Below are positions 34,700-53,019 of a stretch of DNA of 64,000 bases, one piece after another. The translations under genes and the position numbers were made by a program. The notes under the pieces were generated by a model. It had not been told where the DNA came from. It made no database searches and was given only the letters and a program-made list of their open reading frames with translations. The DNA is from the human T2T-CHM13v2.0 reference genome, Homo sapiens. Where the stretch lies: NCBI RefSeq assembly GCF_009914755.1, contig NC_060935.1. One strand, 5' to 3'. The number at the start of each line of letters is the position of its first letter. Position 1 is the first letter of the stretch.

Positions 34700-35500
34700 T
34701 TAACTTAAAAAATTGAAGTGTAGTTTTCATACTGTGAAATGCAGTATACGTTTCAATTAGATTTGACAAATGCATGAATTCATGTAATCTACATCTTTAC
34801 CAATATTTCATTGCCCCCAGAAAGTTTCCCTGTGTCCCTAGCTCGCAAATACCTGCCCTGAAACACAACACTTCTTTCTTTCTTTCTTTTCTTTGAAATT
34901 ATAGGTTAGCTTTGATTGCTACTGAACTTCATGCAGATTGAGTCATACAGCATGCACTCCTTTGTTGTCTGGATTCTCTCATTAGATTTATCCACTTTGT
35001 TGGGTGTATCTGCACTTCACTCTTTTCATTGCTGAACAGTATTTCATTGTATGAGTGTACTGAAATTACTGATCTGTTCTGCTGAAAAACATTTGTCCTG
35101 GCTAAATACTTAGGAGTCAAATTTCTGGATCATAGAATTGAAGGATTTTTAATTTTATAAGAACCATCATATTGCTTTCCACATTTATCATCAGTGTATT
35201 GGAGTTCATTTGCTCCACATTCTAGCCAGCATTTAGTTTTGGCAGTCCTTTAAATTTTAGACATTCTAAAATCACATTATCATTGTGGTTTTAATTTTTA
35301 TTTCCTTGGAGAATAATGTTGAAAACTTTTTTAATGGGAATATTGGGCATATGTATGTCTTTCTTTGCAAAGTATTTGGTCAATGTTTTGACATTTAAAA
35401 AATTATGCTGTTTATCTATTTTCATTAATTACTTATGACTTTTTATTCTCTATGTATTCTGGTATAAGTTCATTTTCAGAACTTATATTTCCCCCAGTGT
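34700..35500 (-). mobile_element. Old L1M (MC/ME) 3' region
   Basis: cccccagaaagtttccctgtgtcc...ttgtggttttaatttttatttcc. Confidence 0.7.
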
Positions 35501-35544
35501 TGATTTATGTATTTATTTTCTTTTTTTGATTTTTAAAAATTTTA

Positions 35545-41168
<5,624 letters not shown>

Positions 41169-41177
41169 ATCACCCCA

Positions 41178-43643
41178 TGGCTGTGGCCTTTCTCTGATCT
41201 CACTTTTCCTTTTTGGTTTGTTCCTCTTGGTCCCTATTATAGAATACCGAGGTTGTCAGGCTTAATAATGCCTCCAGATTTTGTTCAGGGCCCAGAGCTC
41301 ACTTTTGGAGCTTCCTCCTGATATCTGAGGCTGACTGGGTAATAAACTTATCTTTTAGGATCAATTGACACTCAAGGGAGTTGGGTGACAGGGGAGTATA
41401 TTTTCTTAAGCCCTCCCATAGCTGCTTGAGGAAGGCAGAAGGATTTTCTTCCTTTCCCTGAGTCATGGTGGACATCATTGAATAATTCATGGACTTTTTC
41501 CTAATTCTTCTTAGTCCTTCTAGAACACAGGTCAACAGATGTTTGTGACTCCAGTCCCCATGATCTGAGTCAAGGTACCAGTGAGGATCCATACTGGGAT
41601 GGCTTGCTGACCAGTAGGGAATTTGTCCCTTTTTTCAGCTGTCATTCTATCATTTACTTGACTAAGATACCAGGTATGTCCAAACTCTTGGGCTGCAGCT
41701 AAAGCCACATACTTTTCATTAAAGGCCAGGGTTTTACCTAACAATAGCATGACATCTCTCCCAGTGAGGTCAAAGATTTACCCTACACCCTGTAGGATAT
41801 CTATGTACCTATCAGGATCATCTGAAAATTTTCCCAGGTCTACCCTGATCTGTTTTAAATCAGAGAGGGAGAAGGGGACATGTACCTGGGTTGGGCCAAA
41901 TTGCCCTCCCCCTACAGTTTGAAGGGGACACAACCAATAGCCCTGGGGGTTTTGTGGTCCTTTGGAGATTTCTTTGCTTGTTTCCTTCTGTGTGGGGGGG
42001 ATTAGAGGAGTCTTATCAATAGGGAGGGGAGCTGTAGGGAGGCTAGGATATGGAGGTAAGTTGAGGGGTTCTCTTGTGGGATGTAAATTACAAGCTTTGC
42101 ATAGTTATGGATTATCCTTCAATGAAAAGAAAGCTTGAACATAAGGTATTTCACTCCATTTGCCTTCCGTCTTACAGAAAAGGTCAAGCTTCAGGATAGT
42201 ATTGTAATTTATACTTCCCTTTGGTGGCTATTTTTTCCCATTAGAGAGAGAATATTGGGGCCAGGCCATAGTGCAGAAAAAAATGAGCTGCCTCTTTTTC
42301 AGGGTTTGCAGGTCACATTGGTCCCAATGGCTTAGAATGCATTTCAAGGGTGAGCCTGTTTTTGCCTGAGCATTTCTCATCTGAAAGAAAAAAACTACCC
42401 GTGGTTTTGGTTTGTTTTTTCCCCGCCCTGCCCAAGAACCTGCAACGGTCCCTGGACCCTGCTGATCAGAATAGTTGTACTCACTGACATGGCAGCAGAT
42501 CCCTCTCTTGTCCAAGAACCCGCCACGGTCCCTGGACCTTGCTGATCAGAATAGTTGCGTTCACCGATGCAGCAGCAGAAACACTAGTTTTCCTCCTAGA
42601 CCACAAAGAGGACTGAGAAAAGTCGGATTTAGTGGCCCTTACCAATGCATTCTCAAAAACCTGCACCCTTGCCTTTCCTCTTAGACCACAAAGAGGACTG
42701 ACTGAGAAAAATCGGATTTAGTGGCCCTTACCAACATATTCGCGAAAACCTGTTAGAGTCCTAAGTGTTTTCTCCTGTTAGTATTGGGACCTTACTCCTG
42801 TCCTACAAAGATGATATGCTTCAAAATGGAGTGGAGGGCCATACCCTGAGGGAGGGAAGGGATCTCCAGGGTTGGAAGAGTGACACCTTTTGTCCTTACT
42901 TCTCTTCATATGGATAGGAAGGATATCATTTCTGAGACTCCCCATATCCTAGCTTCGGGAATAATCTTTGTTAGGCCTGCTAGTCTGAGGAGGGATCCTA
43001 AAATTCCAGAGAGTCTCCCCATCTGACAGGGCTTTGGGCAAAAATTATGTCTTTCTGATTGGTGAGACTGAGTGCCTAAAGAAAGGAACGGGGTCCTGAA
43101 ATTTATACTAGGAGTCATTCTTATAGGAGAAACTAGAAGAGCACCAGAGACAGGGAGTGGTGTTTAGAAGTGGGACTAGCCTCAGAGAAGAAAGGCAGGA
43201 GGAAATATGTCTGACAGGCATTATGACCCAGGACACAAGGGTCAGGATAGATAGGATAGATGGACAAGTCTCACTTGGGTAATGTGACTTTGAGAGTTCT
43301 GCTCATGGCTGCAGGGTTAACCAATGTTTTGTTAGGACCCCGGAGCTGAATGGCTTTCCTCTGTCGACCCTCGGCTCAGTCTGGGAATACAGGAAAAGTG
43401 GAAGCCGGTTCCAGGCAAACCAAAGCTCCCAACTCTAAAGAGTCAGGGGTTGTTAGAGAGCCCTTTCCCAGAAAGCCTGACACCTGTGTCTTTAGTCTGG
43501 TGGCCACGTTAGTCTCTTTTAAATGGCCAACAGATGTCCAGTGTTTAGCCCCCGAATTCTAAGGAAAAATAGGACAGAATAGCAAGTGAAAGGGGTCCAA
43601 TGCTACTCATCACTTGGTGATAGTCCCTTCATGGTCACCAAGA
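41178..43643 (-). mobile_element. HERV9-type internal region (PBS, leader, gag), truncated within gag
   Basis: Gag peptides LKCILSHWDQ..TLKK, ALAAAQEFG..WYLSQVNDRMT, QGKEENPSAFL; PBS tggtgaccatgaagggac (tRNA-Arg type) at 43623-43640. Confidence 0.9.
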
Positions 43644-44147
43644 TGTGTCCGGAGTTGGTTCCTTCCAGTGGGTTCATGGTCTCACTGACTTCAAGAATGA
43701 AGCTGTGGACCTTCATGGTGTTACATCTCTTAAAGGTGACACGGATCCAAAGAGTGAGCAGCAACAAGATTTACTGTGAAGAGGGAAAGAACAAAGCTTC
43801 CACCCTGTAGAAGGGGACCCAAGTGGGTTGCCACTGCTGGCTGGGATAATCAGCTTTTATTCCCTTATTTGACCCTTCCCATGTCCTGCTGATTGGTCCA
43901 TTTTACAGAGTGCTGATTGGTCTATTTTGCAAACCTCTAGCTCGCCACAGAGTGCTGATTAGTGCATTTTTACAGAGCACCGATTGGCACATTTTACAAA
44001 GCTCTAGCTAGCCACAGAGCGCTGATTGGTGCATTTTACAACCCTAGCTACAGAGTGCTGATTGATGCATTTTACATTCCTCTTGTGAGACAGAAAAATT
44101 CTCCAAGTCCCCACTTGACCCAGAAGTCCAGCTGGCTTCACCTCTCA
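43644..44147 (-). mobile_element. LTR12 (ERV9 5' LTR)
   Basis: TG...CA termini on the minus strand (tgagaggtgaagcc ... ccggacaca); tandem gctgattggt CCAAT-box repeats at 43885-44070. Confidence 0.93.
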
Positions 44148-44504
44148 CGTTCTCACACTGCTAATAAAGACATACCCAAGACTGGGTAATTTATAAAGAA
44201 AAAGAGGTTTAATGGACTCACAGTTGCACATGGCTGGGGAGGCCTCACAATCATGGCAGAAGGTGAAGGAGGATCAAAGGCACATCTTACATGGTGGCAG
44301 GCAAGAGAGCGTGTGCGGGGGAACTCGCATTTATAAACCCATCAGATCTTGTGAGATTTATTCACTATCATGAGAACAGCACAAAAAAATCTCCCACCCC
44401 CATGATTCAATTACCTCCCACCTGGTCCCTCCCATGACACGTGGGAATTATGGGAGCTACAATTCAAGGTTAAATTTGGATGAGAACACAGCCAAACCAT
44501 ATCA
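44148..44504 (-). mobile_element. THE1 (B/C-like) LTR, clipped by the ERV9 insertion
   Basis: cgttctcacactgctaataaagacataccc...cagccaaaccatatca. Confidence 0.9.
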
Positions 44505-44689
44505 AGAAGTTTCCCTTGCTGAGATAGGGAGAGCAAAAAGAGAGAGAAACATATGAACCAGGAAGCCTTCATTCTTTCTTCCCAAATCCCCAATCAGATA
44601 AATTGCCTTTCTTCACCCTTGCTGAAATACCCTCTTTGTACTTCAGCACTTGTGAATAGTAAAGTAACTTTCAATCTTTGTACATCTGA

Positions 44690-45700
44690 AGATATCCTCA
44701 TTTTGTCATCACACAGGAATGATACTTTATCTGAGTATAAAAATCTGGAGTGGTATTAAACTTTCCTCAACCCTTGAAAAATATTAATCCACTGTCTGCT
44801 GGCTTTTATGGTTTTATGAGAAGTCTGTTTTCACTCTGATTATTAATGCTTTGTATGTTTCTCTCCCTGGCATCTAAAAATGTTTTCTTCTTGATTTTCC
44901 AATTTCACAACAATATGATCAGATAAAGGTTTAAAAAATGTATCCCTTTCAGAAATTGGTGCGACTTATAAATTTCCTCAATTTACCAACTTCTTAATAA
45001 TTTTCTATTTTGATGTTGATTTTCTCCTGTTTATTTTGTTTTTTCTTTCTGAAATTCCTAGTAGATGTTGGTATAATACAGATTTTATTAGATGTATCCA
45101 CACAGATATCATTTTGTTCAACCAGAGTGTAGCTCCAGTCAGAGACCTGCAATTTTCTCCATTCATAGCTGATATCCACTGAGGGTCCCAAGTTGGGAAA
45201 GGGAAAATGAGAGGGAAGAGAGTTTCCAGTTTCTCAACATAGCTTGTGTATCTCTTAAACCAACTCTTATATTTTTCATCTTTTTTCTTTCTAAGTGGTA
45301 TTTTGAACATTTTTAAAGTTCTAACATCTATATGCTAATTCCAAATTCAGTTTTGTCTACGTTTGTATATATGCCATTCATTGAAGAATTTTGCAACATT
45401 TTTGATAAAGTAAATTTTATTTTCAAGTCTTCTTATTTGTTTCCTCTTCATTTTTCCTGTGCAGATTAGTAGCCACTTATGTTTTGTTTTATTTGTTTAT
45501 TGCTCTGATTTTATGGATGTACTTACTTAATAACTAGTGGGTATTTTAAGCATGCTTATTTTAAAGTTTATGTCTTACACTATGATTTATTTTCCCTTTG
45601 CACATAATATTTTTTTGTGGGTCTTATCTTTTATGTTTATTGAGTCTCTTGACTGTGTTTTATTATTGAGATTCGGATTCCCCTACATTTAATATACCCC
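44690..45700 (-). mobile_element. Old L1M ORF1-side fragments
   Basis: ccactgtctgctggcttttatggttttatgagaagtctg. Confidence 0.5.
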
Positions 45701-46789
45701 TATTTATTTAAGAGCTCATTTCATATTGGTGTACTTTGTTTTCTCTTTATTGAATAAGCCCTCTCTCTCTGTCAATTGGTTTTGTAGTTTCAATGGCCAA
45801 AATTCCTAATATTCACAGATCTTACATTAGTGTATCAGAGTTTTGGCACTGATGGTTTGATCCTGTTTTTCATCAAGCAAATGAGGAAGGCATGAGGACT
45901 GGTTATGGAGATAAACCAAGACGGTATTAAGAGATTTAACTTAGCTTCCAGTTATGGGAAGGAATCACATATAGATTTCCTATTTTTCAAAGGTAATCTG
46001 TTACTGACACTTACTGAACATGTTTGTTCATTATTCCCCAGGGATGTTTCTATCAAGGGCTCAACATTTTGTTCCATTCCCAGAGCTTAGTAGATCACAG
46101 GCTCATATCTCACTCATCATTGAAGTTTCCTGTGCTTTCTGGGCTACAGATATTTGTATACATGGTGTTGAGCCAAAGTATTTATTTTTAAATACATAGT
46201 ATATAATTTCTATGTGTTTAGAGTAGTGGAAGAAGACATTTTTCCCTTACTTTCTTTTCAGTTGCTTAATGGGCTACTTACTGATGAAATTTAAATTGGC
46301 CCTTATAGAAAATATTGATATATTACACAGCAGATTACCTTTATTGGGTTTAAAATGTTCCAACCTTCCAATCAATAAAGTTTAACCCAATCAATAAGTT
46401 CGGGAATGTTTGCCCATATAATGATGCTGACACATACACTCATGATTGAATTTGAAATTGGAATAAACTTTACTTGATGGAGTCATCAACAACTTTATGG
46501 AAATGGATTTTGTATTATAAAAGAAGGAAATCCTCTCATGATACGACATTATGATATTCTCTTATACCTACATGTACTCAATATCTTTGCTATACTATGC
46601 TTCCTCTGCTTTTACCCTTCACTCAATTTCTTAACAAATAACACTGTCTTAAGAAAGCCACTAATAAAATGTACATATGTTATTGCAAAGTAAATCTGAC
46701 TCCTAGAACATCAGAAAGGACTAAAGAGGTAAAGAGGCTATATGGTATGTGCATGCGTTTCAGGGACAGATGTCCCAAGAATATAATGA

Positions 46790-47131
<342 letters not shown>

Positions 47132-48539
47132 TGAAGTTTTTTAAATTGTCATTTGCATTTTAGTGCCTCTATTGAGAAGGACATGAAAGTCTTCCATATT
47201 TAACACATTTCCTGGACAACTTAAGCAGAGAAGAATGAGAGGAATCTGCAGCAGAGGTCACAATGTTAAACATTGCTTTACTGATCAGATTAAACAAAGG
47301 CAGAAAGGGAAATCTGTCCTCGTTATGGTTTATCTGTAAGGTCCTTGGCTTCAGAAAAATGTCTCTAGGTGGAGGTTGAATATGAGCACAGGTTAAGAAT
47401 CCAAAGAAATAGAGAAAAAAGTGAGGCAGTTCTGTAATGGGAGAGGAACAGAGAGGTGGGATGGTCCGGTTCTCTATTGCTTTTGCTAAAAGTATAATAA
47501 AAATATGTTGCATTTATTTCTTTACAATAAAGTGACTAAAATGTACTATCTCATTAAATATCAACCCAATCCTATGAAGTAGGTACTATTGCTATGCACA
47601 TTTTACTGACACGGTAACTGAAGCACAGAAAGATTCCTAAAATTTGAACATATTTGTGATCTGAGAGGTGTCCTCTCTCTGGCTACATAGAATGAGTAGC
47701 TCTTGAATCCTGTGATTAGCTATTAGGGATCCAGTTTGCTGCTGACTCATTCTTTTCCATCTCAGTTCCACTTCCTCTCACTCACATACTCATTCATTTA
47801 CTCACCCATATTATCATCCACTCATATATTCCCTCATTCATTTATGTAATTATTTAATAATTTCGATTTATTTTATTTTTTCATTGAGTGGGCATTTAAT
47901 GACTTTGATAGTATAAAAAACCAAGCTTGGTGAAGAATGAGAGGGCTGATATATGAGTTGATGCCAGTCCTCAAGAGTGCACAACTCCCTCTAGTTACCA
48001 GTTCTAGAGATCATTTTTTAACTTACAGATGACTCCATCTTGGCTGTGAGTTTGACTGTGCCTGATTGAACCCCTCTTGGTGACTAATGATATTATTTCA
48101 TTTCCCTGTATCCCACCTGAAAAGATGTCCCCTCACCGTTGATCTTGACTTCAGTGTCTTGTTAGATGTCAAAGTCACAGTTAATAGTTTGGGGAAAAAC
48201 TTGAGTTCATTTTTCTCTTCTCAATGCTTCCATTCACAGAAATAATCCACACACAAATTTCGAGCTTTAGAAATTCATTTTTTATTTTTATTAGAAATTT
48301 ACAGAAGCATATATGACAGGAAATGTTGCTGTCCAAGTGTTAGACATCATTAAACTTCTGTCTAGAATTCAGATAAGAAAGAGATACAGATATGTTTTTG
48401 GATTGATTCTTGCCCTCTGAACTCTGTTTTTGATCTTTGAAATTCAGGAACGAAATACATTTAGATTATACAGTATTCCTAATTATCCAAATTCACCACT
48501 GGAAGCCTCACAGTTTTTAAGCTCAGGATCCAGATAGAT

Positions 48540-48685
48540 GTGGATAGTGAAAGATACTGCAATGGATTTCTGGATTCACCACAGATGTACTAAAAGAGAT
48601 TATTTTGGATTAGATCCTAGGATTCTGCCTTTTGAGAATCTCTCAGGGTGATTCACAGCTGCACTAATTTCTAAGAACGATGGCT
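48540..48685. mobile_element. MER5-like fragment
   Basis: ggattctgccttttgagaatctctcagggtgattc...taagaacgatgg. Confidence 0.5.
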
Positions 48686-49043
48686 CCTTGCTGTGTACAA
48701 GAACCATGGATTTGTTTTGAATTCTAGGAATTGAGAATATGATTCCGGTATTATACACCTGTGAGGCTTACCTGCAAAGCACTTTACACTAATAGTATGA
48801 TGTAGTGTGAAATTCTATACTATCTAGGATTATAATTTTGATAGTAAAATAGAAGTGGCATTTTATTTCTGGTAAAAGACATCCAAAATTTTCTCTAACC
48901 TAATCATATTCCCAAAATATGAATAGAACAGATCTCATGTGTGAAGGAAGTGCTCAGAGAAATTAAAGACAAGAAATAATTAAAATAAAACAAATTATTA
49001 GACACTGGAGATCCAGTGAAATTTCAACATGTTTGCAACCAAT

Positions 49044-49788
49044 TTATAAATAGTAGGCTAAGCCCAATGAAGACTTTGCTTTTCCAATAACCACCTTGAA
49101 TGCACTCTGGACTTCTTTGTTCCTCAGGCTATAGACTAGAGGGTTAAGCATGGGGATGACCATGGTGTAGAACACAGATGAGATTTTGTCTGTGTCCATG
49201 GAATGACCAGAACTTGGCTGTAAGTACATAAAGGTGATTGTCCCATAGAAGATGGAAACAGTAGTGAGGTGATAGGCACAGGTGGAAAAGGCCTTCTTTT
49301 GTCCCTCAGCTGAATGCATCCTCAGGATAGCAATAAAAATAAAAACATAAGAGTTCAAGATAATCAAGAGAGTGAAAAAGATATTAAATGCTGCCAATAT
49401 GAAGAGCACAATCTCATGTGCGTAAATATCAGAGCAAGAAAGAGCTAAGAGTGGTGGAATATCACAAAAAAAGTGATTAACCACATTAGAATGACAGAAG
49501 GAGAGATGGAAAGTAAAAGCAACATGGATGGAGGATTGAAAGAGTCCACAGATGTAGGAGCCAGTGACTAGCAGGACAAACACTGTCCACCAGAGAGAGT
49601 TTGCCAAGGAAAAAGTACATGGGAATGTGGAGCCGGGAGTCCAACAGAATCAACATGATCATCCCAAAGTTCCCAACCAGAGTGGTGAGATAAATGACAG
49701 TAAAGATGATAAATAAAGGGACCTGAAGCTCTAGGACATCTGTTAACCCCACGAGAACGAATTCTGTCACTTCTGAAATGTTATCCAT
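49044..49788 (-). pseudogene. OR5BC1P: Olfactory receptor family 5 (OR5B-like) pseudogene with a large internal deletion
   Basis: [10 protein letters not shown]...LHIPMYFFL...SLVD joins out of frame to [10 protein letters not shown]...[10 protein letters not shown]...[10 protein letters not shown]...[17 protein letters not shown]3 and MAYDRY are absent. OR identity is clear. The symbol comes from recalled gene order next to OR10Q2P and is less certain. Confidence 0.8.
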
Positions 49789-49820
49789 CAAAGTCATTTG
49801 GGAATTATCCTGAGAGTTAC

Positions 49821-49842
49821 CTATGATGAAAAAACACAAAAT
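49821..49842 (-). promoter_or_regulatory. Candidate splice acceptor of the OR5B-like coding exon
   Basis: Minus strand ttttgtgttttttcatcatag|G, about 30 nt before the ATG. Confidence 0.55.
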
Positions 49843-52199
49843 TATGCTAACTGATCACTATCATGGGAGCTAAAGTGTGGCCAGGTCTCTTGCTCACATC
49901 TCAGCTTCCTGTCCAGTGCAGGAGTCTGTGTGCAAGATGTTGGACCAGATTCTGGGTAGGGGTGGGTTGAGTGAGGCCATTAATGCTGAAGCAGTGTGGA
50001 TACTGGCATGTCTCTGCTGACCATGACTGGCTCAGTGGTCTGTATTATATCTCTGGGGCACATTTCAGCTTTCCTAGTGTATGATATACTCTATTACACT
50101 AAATCACACAACACCCTTTTTCACTACTTGCCGTATCTTTGAAGCCCTCTTATTTACGTAAAAATCTTACTCAACAGAAAGCGAAATACAGGAAATATTT
50201 GATCATTCTTTGGTATGTGATGCTGACAAGTCCTGTCACATGCAGTTCCCATCTCTCATAGACATCTTAAAAATCTGTTCTTAATAGCTGAAAACATGCA
50301 AAAATTCAAGGCCCTTCTCTAGGGACACCCACACTTTTCTGCCTAATTTATCAGGGCCCTTAATTGGGTGCTTCACTGGCCACTAAAAGAAACTGCAAGA
50401 TCTGTGATGCACATTCGTACTGATGTGTTGGTGTCACTCAGTAACTAAAAAACCAAAGGAACAGTTTTCAAAAGGTTGAAGCAAAGCTTTAGGTGTTTTC
50501 TCTTCATCTCACAATCTTTTTTTTTTTCTTATGGGCTGATGTTTTCATCTCCCACCATCACCCATGTCTTTGCATTATTTGTGGGGAGGGAGAATAGGGG
50601 AAGATCGAAAAAGTCACTTTTGTTCTCCTCTAGAAACTCCGTGCCCTTAATCAAGTCACAGACCTCCTACTGTATTACATAGTGTATCTAGTGATACTTA
50701 CTTCCAGTGGTGGATCAGGTGACATCTTACTCTGTTGCCATGTTTATAGTACTGAGAGGCCCTTTCAATTCAAGGGACCTTCTGAATCTGCAGTCTTGAG
50801 TCACAGTTGTTTCTTTTGGTTTAATAATCTTTCATATTCAAGGCAGGTAATGATATAGCCCTTATTGAGACTAGCCAAGGTGAAAATCATTCTCCAACTG
50901 TCTCGTATGCTTTTCTGCTCTTATGTGACAATGAATTTGAAGGTTCTTTTAAAATTATAAAAGATACTAACAATTTTAATTAGGCAATCTGAGCCATTAC
51001 TTTTTATAGCTCATTGCATCTCTTCTTGGTTACTGCAGTATAAGCAGCCAATATTGAGTTTCCAAACTTTAATGTTTCTAAAGTAAATAACCTAATATTT
51101 GATATCCCCAAATAGATGTTGAAAGTGTTACAACTCCTGAAATTCAGAAAGGGAGGTAAGATCTTTGCACTGCTATGTGTATAGCACATTCTAATTAAAA
51201 GCAAATTAGGAAGTATGGTCTCCCTTTTGAGTATAACCGTCACCCCAACCATTTATACAAGTCATCAGAGGGTAATGAGTGTGGAAATCTGGGTGCTGTA
51301 GAGCAGCTTAGTAGAGTGGAAGGAGCAGTGGACAAGGAGTCAGAAGACAGCTAGCCAGCAGGGTGTCTATGGTAGACTCTAACTGCTGAAGGCTTTATTT
51401 TCCTTTTGTGTATTTGTTCGTAAAGAAAAATGATTAGACCTTCTAGCACCCCTTGCAATTCTAACTGGCTATGATTGTGAGGGTTTTTTTTTTTTTTTTT
51501 TTTTTTTGATACTTACTTTTGTCCTAGGAACAGACAAATTGAGGATACAAAGAACAGGGTATGGAAAACCTTCAAGTCCAGACCATTGACTGGAAATCCA
51601 CATCCAGAAAAGCATCATGCTAGAGAAACTCCCCACCTGTGGAACTCTATGTTGTGGAACATAATCTAGGCTGTGCTCTTACAAATATCAAGGCAGTGGC
51701 AGAGACCAATCTCAGGAGAAACATTTAGCATCCTGCCAGTGGATATCTCAGGAGGTTCCTGATCCCAGGTTGGCCCTCCCCATCTGACCTTGACTGAAGA
51801 CAGCAGAAGATAGTTTGCATTTGGGCTGGGAATGCTTATGAAGACATGGAGAAATGGAAGCTTAGAGGGAAGAGCCTCCAATCATCAAATCATCAGTGCC
51901 ATAGCCATGTTAAGGAGCAAAAATAAAAGCCTCACTAAAATATCTAGCTAAGGTAATGTCAGGACCTCATGCAAACTTTCTCATATCTAGCTTTTTCTCA
52001 AATGTTTAGTGATCTCCCCAGGATTTTCTTTCATTTTTGTTTTCTATTTTTTTAAAAACAAAATACCTATTTGTCTTACAACTAGAGTGGTCTGGGGATC
52101 TTTTTCCTTACTTTTCAACCTAAGGAAATGAATCCATTCTTTCTTCTGCATAGTTGCCTCTGATCCCACCAACTACAAGGCAGAATTATCTCTCTTTTA

Positions 52200-52470
52200 T
52201 CAATGCAGTCAAGTGTAGTTATTATAAATGTGAGCTGTGTGGTCATGTGGCTTAGCTTCAATCCTAGTCCTGTCACCTTTTGCAATGTGACCTTGGCCAA
52301 ATTATTTAATCTCTCCAAACTTCAGTATGTCACCTATATAAAGGAGATAATAAGATAATTATCCTATGTATCTCATAGGAGAATCATAAAGATGAAATGA
52401 TATATATACAAAGCAGGTCATGATATCTGGAACATATCAAGAGATCAATGCATTTAAGTACCACTATTTC
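52200..52470 (+). mobile_element. MIR
   Basis: ttcaatcctagtcctgtcacc...tgtgaccttggccaaattatttaatctctc. Confidence 0.75.
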
Positions 52471-52509
52471 ATCATAAATTAAAAATTACTATCTCATGTG
52501 GAACAAAAA

Positions 52510-52910
52510 TTGTGGTGCTCAAACATTACACCTGCTCCTCATATTTCCCTGTCCCTTTGCAACTAGGTAGAACCATGAACTAGCTCTATAAAATGGACTG
52601 GAGAAGAAGCAGTATGAGTTATTTTGGGGTTGAAGTATAGAAAAGCCCAAGCAAAACCATCCATTTGCCTCTCCCTCTGCTATGGTAACTGGGGAGTCTG
52701 CATCTTCCAGAGAATGTGGCTACAGAGGGCAAAACTTCCATTGGCCTGGGTATTTGAGTAAACATGTGGAGAGAGACTGCCCCTTTCCTAGACAAACTGT
52801 GATGCACATATATTAGCAGAAGTAATAAATAAATATTAGTAGTTTTAAATTATTGGACTTTTGAGTTTATTTGTTATGGTGGTGTAACTTAGTCTCCCCA
52901 GTCTATTACA
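52510..52910 (+). mobile_element. Old MLT1 (I/J-like) LTR
   Basis: ccctttgcaactaggtagaaccatgaactag...tttatttgttatggtggtgtaacttagtc. Confidence 0.6.
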
Positions 52911-53019
52911 TATAATAAACTAAGTACATTTTGTTGTCTATGTATTTTATTTTTTTGAACAAATGACATGCTCTTGGGAACCACTCTCCTTATCATTCAT
53001 TTCTTGTTTCTTTATATAA

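Noticed and set aside
42432-42750. Two pairs of direct repeats (ccaagaacc...gaatagttg; agaccacaaagaggactga...gtggcccttacc) resembling a repeat-spacer array
   Set aside because: They are tandem duplications of the kind found in the HERV9/W leader. This is eukaryotic DNA with no CRISPR or cas features.
43885-44070. Periodic gctgattggt...ttttaca repeats
   Set aside because: Standard LTR12 U3 enhancer repeats.
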